From Octopus vulgaris (Eukaryota), in NCBI GenBank assembly GCA_951406725.2, contig OX597824.1:36890001-36954000 (forward strand): 64,000 bases of DNA, in the 5' to 3' direction. Numbering within the stretch: the first letter of the stretch is position 1; each line of letters begins with the position of its first letter. Below are positions 13,147 to 24,526 of this stretch, piece by piece. The notes below the pieces were generated by a model. The model was not told where the DNA came from. It worked only from the letters and a program-made list of their open reading frames with translations, and made no database searches. The translations under genes were made by a program, and so were the position numbers.

Positions 13147-13607
13147 CCTGAAGCATCATCGAAATGGAAATGCAAAGATCCTATGGGATTTTATGATTCA
13201 GTGCGACCATGAGATAGGGAATAGGAAGCCGGACATAGTCTTAATTGAGAAATAAAACAAACTATGCTGGATCATAGATATAGCATGCCCAGCTGACAAC
13301 AAGGTATGCGATAAGGAAGAAAGAAAAGTCGAGAGATATGACAGGTTAGCTTGGGAAGTTAAGCAGTTGTGGTCGATGAAAAAGGTAGCAGTAGTACCAA
13401 CGATTGTCGGGGCCCTGGGAACAATGAGTAAAAATCTTGAGAAGTACATGGAACAAATAGGGGCTGCACTTGCAGAAAACAGCACTGCTTGGAACCACTC
13501 GAATACTCCGGAAGGTGCTCGAAAAATAAGAGGTGTTACCTTAGTTCACTGGTAGTGAACAGTTGACACTATAATATATCTCCAGTGTTAGAAACTGTGC
13601 AAAGGCA
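13146..13607 (+). mobile_element. 5'-truncated R4/Dong-type non-LTR retrotransposon (restriction-like endonuclease remnant) in (AAT)n
   Basis: ILWDFMIQCDHEIGNRKPDIVLI...IIDIACP...KVERY...VVPTIVGALG; (AAT)n on both sides. Confidence 0.85.
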
Positions 13608-14399
13608 ATAATAATAATAATAATAATGGTTTCAAATTTTGGCACAAGACCAGCACCTTCAAGGGAGTGGGTAAGCCAATTTCATCAGCCTCAGTGCATA
13701 ATGTTAGGATATAGTAAAAAAAATCCATGGTTACAAAAAATAGTCTTTGACACCACTTTGATGCTTAGAAAAATTGTAAATTTTGGACACAAAATCAAAA
13801 ATATCCTGAATATAGGAACTCAAATTTTTTACTACAGGGAGTAGAAAGCTATCCAGCCACTCCAAAATTTGGGCTATGCAATCTTTATACCTGTTGCAAA
13901 TTGGGTGCAATAGAGGAAATTTTTCAAAATCTTTGTGTATTTTTAGAAGGCCATAAGATATTCTTTGCTTTTATCACAAAATTCTAGATTCAGTGTCATT
14001 TATGGTTTTTCTCCATTTTCAAAATTATTTTTACAAGTTGCTGTCATTAATTGGGGTTCAGATTGACAGGTAATCCTCCATAAGACGTTTTGTCACTTAA
14101 AACTTCTTCACAACCAAAATATGCACACTCTTGTCCATAATTACAATAGCACCTCCCTTATCTGTCATTTTAATAACAACAAAATCATTATTAGCTGGAC
14201 AACGAAGTGTGTTACACTGAGAATCCTCAAGTTGGTCCATATAATTGTGGTCATTTTACTCTTGCATATGCATTTGAACTAGTCATTGGAAACCCTCCAG
14301 AAAAGTTTTCATTCGATCAACTGAAAACGTGAATCCATTTTAAATTCTGCCATGTGAACAATAAAGACCTGAAATAATAACCTCATAGAGAAAACTTAC

Positions 14400-14508
14400 C
14401 AAAAGCTTCCAAAATTGTATTTGCTTCAAGGATTTGCTGTTCAACCCAGAAGGACGTATGATTTGTAACAGAACATAAATATTGCAAAATAAATTTAGTA
14501 GTTTCTGT
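14400..14508 (-). CDS. Myosin exon C ([37 protein letters not shown])
   Basis: Translated by hand. 109 bp, phase 0-1, acceptor ttatag, donor gtaagt; completes GESGAGK|TE and carries [15 protein letters not shown]. Confidence 0.96.
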
Positions 14509-14747
14509 CTATAATAGAGAGAAAAAGGAAAGGATTTTAGAAAAAGACAAATAAATCAACAAAATAATAAAACATAAACTGAACTCAAATTTTAAGACAG
14601 CATACTGCAAGAGAAGCTAGCGATAGCAGATGTAACACTAAATCTCCACAGATGAAAGGAGTTCTGTGATGAGGAGTTTGTATAAAAATCAAGATTAATA
14701 AATAATAATTTCCACAAAAATAACATAGAAAAATATGGTTGACATGT

Positions 14748-15143
14748 TTACTCTTTTACTCTTTTACTTGTTTCAGTCATTTGACTGTGGCCATGCTGGA
14801 GCACCACCTTTAGTCAAGCAAATCGACCAAGGACTTATACTTTGTGAACCTAGAAGTTATTCTATCGGACTCCTTTGCCGAACCGCTAAGTTGCGGGGAC
14901 ATAAACACACCAGCATTGGTTGTCAAGTGATGTTGGGGGGGGGGACACAAATACAAACATACATATATATACATATATACGACGGGCTTCTTTCAGTTTT
15001 CGTCTACCAAATCCACTCACAAGGCTTTGGTTGGCCCAAGGCTATAGTAAAAGACACTTGCCCAAGGTGCCATACAGTGGGACTCAACCCAGAACCATGT
15101 GGTTGGTAAGCAAGCTACTTACCACACAGCCACTCCTATGCCT
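14748..15143 (-). mobile_element. SINE family 1, full length
   Basis: Matches 61071-61459 end to end. Confidence 0.88.
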
Positions 15144-15240
15144 ATATGTTTGTTGACATATAAGATATATTTTATATTTAGAAGCAAACAGATAGAGTTT
15201 GCTACCATAAATGGATACTACAAGTCCTGTGGTTTGTATC

Positions 15241-15753
15241 TGTTTGAATGAAAAGTTGAGTGGAAAATTGTAAAATGACAGACATTTGAGTGAAAAGTTG
15301 CAAAATGACAGACGTTTGAGTGAAAAGTTGCAAAATGACAGGCGTTTGAGTGAAATGTAAAATGACAGATGTTTGAGTGAAAAGTTGTAAGATGACGGAC
15401 GTTTGAATGAAAAGTTGTAAGATGACAGACGTTTGAGTGAAAAGTTGCAAAATGACAGGCGTTTGAGTGAAATGTAAAATGACAGATGTTTGAGTGAAAA
15501 GTTGTAAGATGACAGACGTTTGAGTGAAAAGTTGTAAGATAACAGACGTTTGAGTGAAAAGTTGTAAAATGACAGATGTTTGAGTGAAAAGTTGTAAAAT
15601 GACAGACGTTTGAGTGAAAAGTTGTAAAATGACAGACGTTTGAGTGAAAAGTTGTAAAATGACAGACGTTTGAGTGAAAAGTTGTAAAATGACAGACATT
15701 TGAGTGAAAAGTTGTAAAATGACAGACGTTTGAGTGAAAAGTTGTAAAATGAC
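15241..15753. repeat. 30-bp minisatellite (gtttgagtgaaaagttgtaaaatgacagac), about 17 units, abutting the exon B donor
   Basis: Seen directly; two 27-bp variant units; no unique spacers. Confidence 0.97.
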
Positions 15754-15757
15754 TTAC

Positions 15758-15901
15758 CTTTCCAGCACCACTCTCTCCACTTATGATACAAGATTGATTG
15801 TCATCAGATGTACGAAGATGCTGAAATGCAGCCTCAGATATGGCAAAAACATGAGGTTGCACCTGAGTTAACTTCTTGCCGCTATATTCTTGGACATCTT
15901 T
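15758..15901 (-). CDS. Myosin exon B (KDVQEY...QPHVFAISEAAF...NQSCIISGESGAGK), P-loop
   Basis: 144 bp, phase 0-0, acceptor ttgcag, donor gtaagt; contains the PHVFA and NQSxxISGESGAGK myosin motifs. Confidence 0.96.
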
Positions 15902-16296
15902 CTGCAATCAAAACACATAGAAATTTAGTTAACATGAAAATACTTGATTACAATTACATGTTGTATATTCAATATCTACCAAGGTAGATTATAATGTTTG
16001 ATAAAACAAATGAATGCAAAGTGCAACTCACACACTGATGTTGATTGTTTTTTAGTTAAAGCTATAGCTTTGAATCTGCCCAGGGTTATCTCTCTTTGGT
16101 ATTTCCTACTGAGGAAGGTTACAGAGCCAGAAATGCATGTCTGGGAATTTGCTAGAGGGAAGTACTGGGCAGATATGAGGCTTTACACCTTTTATCATAA
16201 GAGAGAATTTTCTTTTTCCAAAGTAACTGCAGTAAATTTGCTTTCAGAAGTTAAAATATGTCACAAACATATTTTAGCTAACCTAAAGTTCATTGG

Positions 16297-16535
16297 TGGA
16301 GGCGCATGGCTTAGTGGTTAGGGTGTCAGCACCATGATCGTAAGATTGTGGTTTCAATTCCTGGCCCGGGCGACATGTGTTCTGGAGCAAAACACTTCAT
16401 TTCACATTGCTCCAGTCCACTCAGCTGGCAAAAATGAGTAACGCTGCGATGGACTAGCGTCCTGTCCAGCTTGGGAACACATACACCATAGAAACCAGGC
16501 CCATGAGCTTGGCTAGGCTTTAAAAGGGCGCATTT
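16297..16535 (+). mobile_element. SINE family 3
   Basis: tRNA-like head ggaggcgcatggcttagtggttag; closely related reverse copies at 19040-19292 and 56645-56864. Confidence 0.82.
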
Positions 16536-16584
16536 ATTTTTTAAAGTTCATTGACTCTTAGGAATTAATGCCTTGTTAAACATT

Positions 16585-16795
16585 TAATGACCAAGGGTAT
16601 TGCTTATCCCCACTTAAACGTAGCTGTTCTGTTAGAAAAAACTATACTGTGATAGATACCATAGAGAGAAACTCTCATATTGGCTTCTGGTGCAAAATTC
16701 ACCCTTGCCTCATGATATCTACCACAGTATAGTTTGTTCCAACAGAACATCCACGTTTAAGTAGAGATAAATATTACCTTTCAGTATTAATAATG
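16585..16795. mobile_element. Fold-back MITE-like element with ~60-75-bp imperfect arms
   Basis: acttaaacgtagctgttctgttag..aaactatactgtg versus cacagtatagttt..caacagaacatccacgtttaagt. Confidence 0.6.
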
Positions 16796-16882
16796 CCCCT
16801 ATCACTAATATATATTACTTAATAACCGGAACTTAATTTTACTTTCCAAGCATTAAACTAATAAGAGATAACTTTGAGACTA

Positions 16883-17405
16883 CCGTCAATCTTCGAGTAT
16901 AGTCTGCCCTTGAGTATAATATGCAGGGGATTTTTAGGGGGCTGTACCTCTGAAAAACCTAAACCTAGTGTATAATATGCACTCCTTATCTAACTTGAGT
17001 CGTGAGTAATTAAGCCAGCAGCACCTAGTCAAACAAACACTTCTGCACATTTGTAATACAATAATGGTGATGTTCTTAATTGTTATATGAGAATGTAAAT
17101 ATGTTTGCAAATTGTTTTTGTTATATGTTATTCTGTGTTCTGAATATTTTTATTTTTAATAAATGTTGCTTACTGCAAGTTATAGATGATTCTTTTATGA
17201 CTTCATTGCTTTCAGGCTTAGCTTAAGGTATTTTCACGCCTGACATCACAAAATGAATCTGAATAAACATTGCCGGACAACAAATAGAGACTCAGACATT
17301 GCTTAGAAAATATTTTTCATTTTTTACCTCGTATATAGTACGCACTAGGGATTTTGACCTTTAAATTTTGGGGAAAAAATGCAGATTATACTCGAGGATT
17401 TACAG
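16883..17405. mobile_element. Non-autonomous pogo/Tc1-mariner superfamily element
   Basis: TA-ccgtcaatcttcgagtatagtctgc ... gcagattatactcgaggatttacag-TA (about 21/25 TIR match). Confidence 0.7.
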
Positions 17406-18210
17406 TAGAACAGTTATAGGAACTGATTGCAGTAGAGACTAATCTGTTTTTATCCAGAAACATATTGGAATAGCAGCCATGGAATTGAACTCCCAACTCT
17501 CATTAACCAATCCAATCTCCTTGACCAATTCACTTTGTACCAAATGACTAACTAGAAGATTAAATACTACATTAAATAATTCTAGGTATGAGCATGGCAA
17601 TGAGGTAAGAAGTTTGCTTACCAACTGCATGGTTCTGAGTTCAGTCCTCTTGAATGACACCTTGGGCAAGCCTCTTCTACTATAGCCTCAAGCTGACTGA
17701 AGCCTTGTGAGTGGTTTGGTGTGTGTGTGCACGCACATGCATGCATGTGTGTGTGTGTGTGTCAAAATATTGGTAAGAAAATGAAAGAAAAAAGGTGCTT
17801 TTTAGGACAAAATCCTTTGTGATATTTGTTCTGCACTGAGTTACAGCCAGTCTGTTGTTACTTTCACCATCAGAAAATACAATGACCCAGTGACTGAACC
17901 ATCGGAAATCTGTAAGCTCACAATGTTCAACATTTGCAATATGAATTTTAAATATTAAATGTCACCGGACCACACTATATGATTCTATTTAAGAAAGCAA
18001 TATCAAAGGATATAAGATATTTCATACAGCAGCAGATTCAAAACCAAATCGCTGGATAACTATGCAGGGAGATTGCTGTCATTTCACTTGATTGGCTGAC
18101 TAACCAATCAGCATCAAGCCATCATGTGATAGGACTTTCTAGAACTTACTAATGAGTTTTATAAATAGGTGGGTTTTTGGCAACAACTTCAGAATGTTGA
18201 AGCAGCCATT

Positions 18211-18687
18211 TTAACTCTTTAACATTCAGAATATTTTTTCAAATATAATGCTTATTTATTCTCATTGTTTTGAATAATCATAATCATGTATTAGCTTATA
18301 GCTTCAAGATTTTAATGATATTATTGCATATTTTTAGAATGACATTTTAGGGTTGGTGTGATAGATGGAATCAAGGCGGCGAGCTGGCAGAATCGTTAGC
18401 ACACCGGTCGGAATGCTTAGTGGTATTTCAGCTGCCGTTATGTTCTGAGTTCATATTCCGCCGAGGTCGATTTTGCCTTTCATCCCTTCGGGATCGATTA
18501 AATAAGTACCAGTTAGATACTGGGGTTGATGTAATCGACTTAATCACTTTGTCTGTCCCTGTTTGTCCCCTCTATGTTTAGCCTCCTGTGGGCAATAAAG
18601 AAATAGATGGAACCTAGCTGATTTGGTTGTAAAACAGGCAGGATATTTGGGCCAGATATGGCTGGTTAAAAAATCCAAAAGGGTTAA
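18211..18687. mobile_element. MITE family B (reverse) interrupted by SINE family 2 (18375-18604, +)
   Basis: TTAA at both ends; the SINE is flanked by duplicated atagatggaa. Confidence 0.8.
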
Positions 18688-19039
18688 TGTCTCCATTCTC
18701 ATTTCATTCATCAACTGTTGCAGATAGAAGATACAGATTCTACCATCATGAAAATTGCATGATTATTTCTCCAGTTGTGATGACCAGTCACAGACTGATA
18801 TGAGGTAGTTTGTCATAGCTCCCAGTAGTATATCTCTCCCTGGGTGCAACTGTTGCTTTGATTTTTCATTCAAAAGCCAACACAGAAAACATTATATGTG
18901 CAGTAAATAAAGCTTCTGTTAATTATTTATGAGTGTTGTTTGTCATTTTACATGCAGCCCAAGAAAGATGTTTCCATTCACCACCAACATCATGCACAAC
19001 AACACCCATATGATAATATGATATATCATAAAATAAAAA

Positions 19040-19292
19040 ATAAATGCGCCCTTTTAAAGCCTAGCCAAGCTCATACACCCAGTTTCCTGGTTTCCATGGC
19101 GTATGTGTTCCCAAGCTGGATGGGACACCAGTCCATCGCAGCGTTACTCATTTTTGCCAGCTGAGTGGACTGGAGCAACATGAAATGAAGTGTTTTGCTC
19201 CAGAACACAACACATCGCCTGGTCCAGGAATCAAAACCACAATCTTACGGTCATGATGCTGGCGCCCTAACCACTAAGCCATGCGCCTTCAC
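19040..19292 (-). mobile_element. SINE family 3
   Basis: Reverse-complement match to 16297-16535. Confidence 0.82.
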
Positions 19293-19335
19293 TAAAAAAT
19301 GGTTGTTGTTGTTATCATTATTATCATCATTATTC

Positions 19336-19409
19336 AGGTCACTGCCTGGAATCGAACTCGGAATCTTGGGGTTAGTAGCCCACGCTCTTAACCACTACGC
19401 CATATGCCC
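19336..19409 (-). pseudogene. tRNA-like sequence (pseudo-tRNA or tRNA-only SINE) with apparent ACT anticodon
   Basis: A box TGGCGTAGTGG, B box GAGTTCGATTCC, loop CT-ACT-AA; acceptor and T stems mismatched; followed by an AAT-rich tail. Confidence 0.6.
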
Positions 19410-19681
19410 GTGGGCAATTATATATCATACCAAGAGAATAATTGCTACATAAAATATCATTTTCACTCTGTAAGTGTATCTTAATGGAGGTCAGCCAAAG
19501 ATTTTTTTGGTTTTTTTTTTAGAGTATTGATCTCTGTCTTGGTTAGTTTGATCTCTGATTATCATTAGGTAATCAATAGAAAAGTAAATAGTTTTAAAAA
19601 ATGTTTTATTCCTAAAAATGAGATTACCAATCTATAAACTGATAATCCTATAGACAAGAATAGAGATTTAATTGTACTTAC

Positions 19682-19744
19682 CTCTTCATAAATCGGTAAA
19701 TTTTTATAAGGATTCACAGCTACTAAGATGGATCCAGTGAATGT
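19682..19744 (-). CDS. Unconventional myosin motor domain, internal exon A (TFTGSILVAVNPYKNLPIYEE)
   Basis: Not in the ORF track; translated by hand. 63 bp, phase 0-0, acceptor cttcag, donor gtaagt; matches the myosin TYxGxILVAVNPY motif. Confidence 0.93.
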
Positions 19745-20463
19745 CTGAAGTTTTGTTAAGGAATTGGCAAAAATATTTGGAAATACATTTGAATTTTCAA
19801 AATAAAATTTACATAAAACACACAGGGATAAAATATTGGTAAAATACTAAATGAACCAAAAGATTAAAACAAAGAAAAAATTGTTTAAATTGATGCCAAT
19901 TTGGATATTTATGAAGTATGACCATTCTGGGTATTTATACAGAAAATGGACAACAAACTTTAATCAAGAAGACAGTCAAATAATTAATCTAGAGCTAAAA
20001 CTTTGAGTTAATTGCTAGAGTCAAGCAACTTTATCACTTACCCACAACATTTTATCTGATTGAATGTTTATGAAATAACAATTTCAAATTTTGGTATAAG
20101 GCCATCAACCCCAGTATTCAACTGGTACTTATTGTATTGACTCCGAAAGGATGAAAAGCAAAGCCAACCTCGGATTTGAATAGAATGTAAAGAAGGGCAA
20201 AATGCTGCTATGCATTTTGCCTGGCATGCTAATGATTCTACCAACTCGTCATTTTAATGTCTATGTAACAATATTCAGAGAATCTTATCACAAAAAAAAA
20301 GAAGGAAGATGTCTCTCAGCTCCCCAAGTATGTACACTAAGTAACCCCAAAGTAATTTATTAATCACTGAGGAGCAAATTAAAAAAAAAGATCCCAACAG
20401 GCCAGGTATTCAAATACAGTAAACTTGTCCATCGAGTTTCAGTTGAAATTCACCAAACAAATT

Positions 20464-20742
20464 TGGGATTTTGCGGAGGGTCAAAATTGGTCACACAGAC
20501 AGGAGAGTGAAAACCTCCCTTACTCCTTCTCCCTTGCTCACGTGGCTCCCACGTGACCATCGGCCATCTTTCTTTCTTTCTCTCCATTGTAGCTAGAACA
20601 AGGATGACTTGTTCTTGTTTGTCTCCTGTCCTAGCTTGATTTACACATTCGTAACCACAACCTCGTGTAGGCTTAGCAACCCTTCCTGTTTGTTTTCACA
20701 ATCCTGTTTGTATTACCAATTTTGACCCTCCGCAAAATCCCA
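20464..20742. repeat. Inverted repeat with perfect 28-bp arms (20464-20491 / 20715-20742)
   Basis: tgggattttgcggagggtcaaaattggt and its exact reverse complement; imperfect pairing extends inward. Confidence 0.85.
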
Positions 20743-21028
20743 GATTTTATTTAATTTGCTTTGCGGGAGCAACTGTTTTATCAAAAGCATATATTGTTGT
20801 TAAATGCTCAAAATACAAGACTAGAAAAACAGCCAACAACTGATGAAGGGTCGTACTTTATGTTGTTTGTTTTGTTTTCCATTTGTATATTTCGTTGTTT
20901 GAAAGAATGGTTCATGTTCCATGTACTTGTACTTCGTACTTTTTTGTTATACACGTTTTGTGATGTCCTGTGCCCACATATGCAAATATATATATAAATA
21001 CTTCTAGATGTAAGTATGTACATATATG

Positions 21029-21097
<69 letters not shown>

Positions 21098-21143
21098 TAT
21101 AATATAATATAATATAAATAATATATATATATATCATTTATAT

Positions 21144-21186
<43 letters not shown>

Positions 21187-21269
21187 CATATGGGTATATT
21201 GATAGTGATAGTAATGGTAAGACAACAAAAGAATGAAAGAGACCTCGATATTATGTAAATAGAGGAATT

Positions 21270-21320
21270 TATCTGTAAATGTAATATGTGACTAATTGTC
21301 ACATATTACATTTACAGATA
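21270..21320. repeat. Perfect 23-bp hairpin with 5-nt loop between microsatellites
   Basis: tatctgtaaatgtaatatgtgac-taatt-gtcacatattacatttacagata. Confidence 0.9.
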
Positions 21321-22044
21321 TGTGTGTGTGTGTGTGTGTATGGATAAGAAATATGCAAAAGAAAAGATAACTAATATATATATATATATATATATATACC
21401 AATACAACACACACACACACAAAACAACCTTACACTCCTTGGGAGCTTGACCTTGAAACTTGTGGATTTAATCAATTAAACAAAAATTCTACTCTGGTAG
21501 GAAGCCACCATATGAAAGTCATTACACACGTTATGTTGTTCGTTTTCAGTCTTCTGTGAAAATAGGTCTGATCACAATTGCTAAATCCCCAAAGATTTAC
21601 TACTGATTCCTGACAGTAACTGGAACTAAAAATATACATTAATGTCCTTCCTAGAATAAAAGTTAAATCGGTGCACTGAATTTGAAGTTTTTTTTTCTCC
21701 CAAGAGGTAAGGAATTTAAAATTAAGGCAACTAGCATCTTACTACTAAATATTTCCTAGACACAAACATCTATACATACAAGCACAAATAACACTCAATC
21801 TGCAAGAAATAGCAGCCAAATCACTCTCCACTCATAATTTACAGCCTCAGAAAAGAAGTCTTTGGGTTTAAAATACCAAGGAAAAAGAAAGGATGGTCAT
21901 AATTGGATTACCTTTGATCAGAAATATCACTTCTGTCAAGATTAAGTTTGTACTAAGCAAGAACAATACATGATTACAAGCATACATATATGAGGGACTA
22001 AAATCCAGACACATCCATAGACTACATTAGAATACATAAAAACT

Positions 22045-22310
22045 GGCATCCCATCAGTTATGATGAGGGTTCTAACAGAACAGCCTGCTCATGAAATTAA
22101 CATGCAAGTGGTTGAGCACTCCACAGACACGCATGTCCTTGACATAGCTTTCAGAGAAATTCAGCATGAGGTACAACTCATTTTTGCCAGCTGAGTGGAC
22201 TGTAGCAACGTGAAACTGAATGTCTTGCTCAAGGATAGAATGAGCTGTCAGGAATCAAACTTGTGACCTTGCGATTGTGAGCTAAATACCCTGACCACTT
22301 AACCACACAC
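22045..22310 (-). mobile_element. tRNA-headed SINE with the same tail as 56090-56230
   Basis: Family 3 core joined to a gtctgtggagtgctcaaccacttgca tail. Confidence 0.6.
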
Positions 22311-22324
22311 ATTCTTTTATTCTT

Positions 22325-22852
22325 TCTTTATTCTTTTATTTGTTTCAGTCATTTAACTGTGGTCATGCTGGAGCACCGCCATTAGTCGAGCAAATCGACC
22401 CTATAATTATTCTTTGTAAGCCTAGTACTTATTCTATCAGTCTGTCTTGCCGAACAGCTAAGTGACGGGGACGTAAACACACTAGCATCGGTTGTCAAGC
22501 GATGTTGGGGGAACAAACACAGACACACAAACATATACATACATACATCATCCTCCTCCTCATCATGATCATTTAACATCCGCTTTCCATGCTAGCATGG
22601 ATTGGACAGTTCGTCCAGGGTCTGGGAAACCAGGAGGCTGCGCCAGGCTCCAGTCTCATCTGGCAGTGTTTCTACAGCTGGATGCCCACGACGGGCTTCT
22701 TACAGTTTCCGTCTACCAAATCCACTCACAAGGCTTTGGTTGGCCTGAGGCTATAGTAGAAGACACTTGCCCAAGGTGCCATGCAGTGGAATTGATCCCA
22801 GAACCATGTGGTTGGTAAGCAAGCTACTTACCACACAGCCACTCCTGCACCT
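22325..22852 (-). mobile_element. SINE family 1 with an RTE tail (about 22548-22686) in its internal microsatellite
   Basis: Both halves match family 1; the insert matches the RTE tail. Confidence 0.82.
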
Positions 22853-23076
22853 ATTCACTCAAATATACACACAAACAAGCATAGAGATAGATTATTTCAG
22901 CTATATTCAGATAGATGTATACCTATCTATATTACAACAATAATAATGATACACATGCACAAGTCCATGGAGATACACTTGCACACTAAAATACACATTG
23001 GTGTAAACAGACATTACATCAAAGCCTTACAACATACACTTAAACCTAAATACACATACAGATAAGTAAAAAGAGA

Positions 23077-23430
23077 ATCATCATCATCATCATCATCATC
23101 ATATCATTATTATTATCATCTTCATTATCGTTGTCATTGTCATCGTCATCATCACCACCACATCATCATCATCATCATCATCAACACTGTCTTCATCATC
23201 ATCACCGTCATCATCATCATCATCATCAACATTGTCTTCATCATCCTCATCATGACCATTGTTATCATCGTCACCATCATCGTCATCATTACTGTCATCT
23301 TCATCATCACCATTATCACCATCATCATCATCGGTGGTGGCATCATCATCGTCGTCATCATCGTTGTCACCCTCATCATTGTTATCACCTCACCATTATC
23401 ATCATCGTCATCATCATCATCATTACCATC
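23077..23430. repeat. Degenerate (CAT)n trinucleotide tract
   Basis: Seen directly; source of the poly-His/Ser/Ile pseudo-ORFs. Confidence 0.92.
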
Positions 23431-23942
23431 ACTGTTTTAATGCCTACTTTTTCCATACTTGCATGAGTAGAACAGAATTTATTGAGGCAGATTTTCTACA
23501 GCTGGATGCCCTGCTCGTTATCACCAAGCTTCACTCTGTTTCCAGGTTGGGTAGTATTTCCCCATGACCAAACAAGCTTTCACAGAATAAACAAACACCA
23601 CTTGTGTAATTCTGATATCAATTTACAACCTTTATGCAACGCTAGGACAAGGAGACACAAATATGATGAGCTTCTTTCAGTTTCCATCTTCAAAATCTAC
23701 TCAGAGAGCTTCAATCTGCTCAGAGCTATAATAAAAGACATTAACCAAAGGTGTCGTACACTGGGACTGAACTCAAAAACCATATGGTTGAGAAGCAAAC
23801 TCCCAAACCCCACAACCACGCCAGCTACCTATTACATCTGTGTGTGTGGAGAGAGAAAGGGACTTTTATATATTATCATATACAAATACAAATCTCCACA
23901 CGCACTCACAAACACATATATATACAATTATATAATACAAAT

Positions 23943-23992
<50 letters not shown>

Positions 23993-24318
23993 CACACACG
24001 CAAATGAATATTCTGTGTTCCTGGCTGACTTTCAACACCCTCCTAGTTTTTGTTTCTCTCTGTTTTTATGCACAAACACACATAATTGTTATGTCTTTTG
24101 TTAAGTAGCTAATAGATTTACTACCTCTTGTGGTGGGGCTGGCGTTACTCTGTGTGTGTGTGAGTATGGTATGTATGTATGTATATATATATATATATAT
24201 GGGTTGGTTCTAACAGAAAACAAAGAGACATGAACAGTTTGCATTTCCAATTCCATATAAACAAATCGGTCCACTTCTGATGCTCTCTCTTTTGGTTTGG
24301 TTGATGTTTTATTGTTGC

Positions 24319-24349
<31 letters not shown>

Positions 24350-24464
24350 GGTGGTGGTGTTGCTCTAGTTTTTTTTTCTTTTTTCTAGTTTTAGTTTTAG
24401 TCCAAGGACTGTTACTCAGAGTTTGCTGCTTTTTAATAAAGTACACACACACACACACACACAT

Positions 24465-24526
<62 letters not shown>

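Noticed and set aside
15241-15753. CRISPR-like regular repeats (also 33781-33953 and 39505-39856)
   Set aside because: The units are contiguous with no unique spacers, there are no cas genes, and the context is a eukaryotic intron.
15084-15791. 235-aa and 165-aa repeat ORFs (SFYNFSLKRL and SVILQLFTQT repeats)
   Set aside because: These are alternative frames of the minisatellite overlapping a real exon; nothing independently supports coding.
19336-19409. Functional tRNA-Ser(ACT) gene
   Set aside because: The acceptor and T stems are mismatched and there is no long variable arm; treated as a pseudo-tRNA or SINE.
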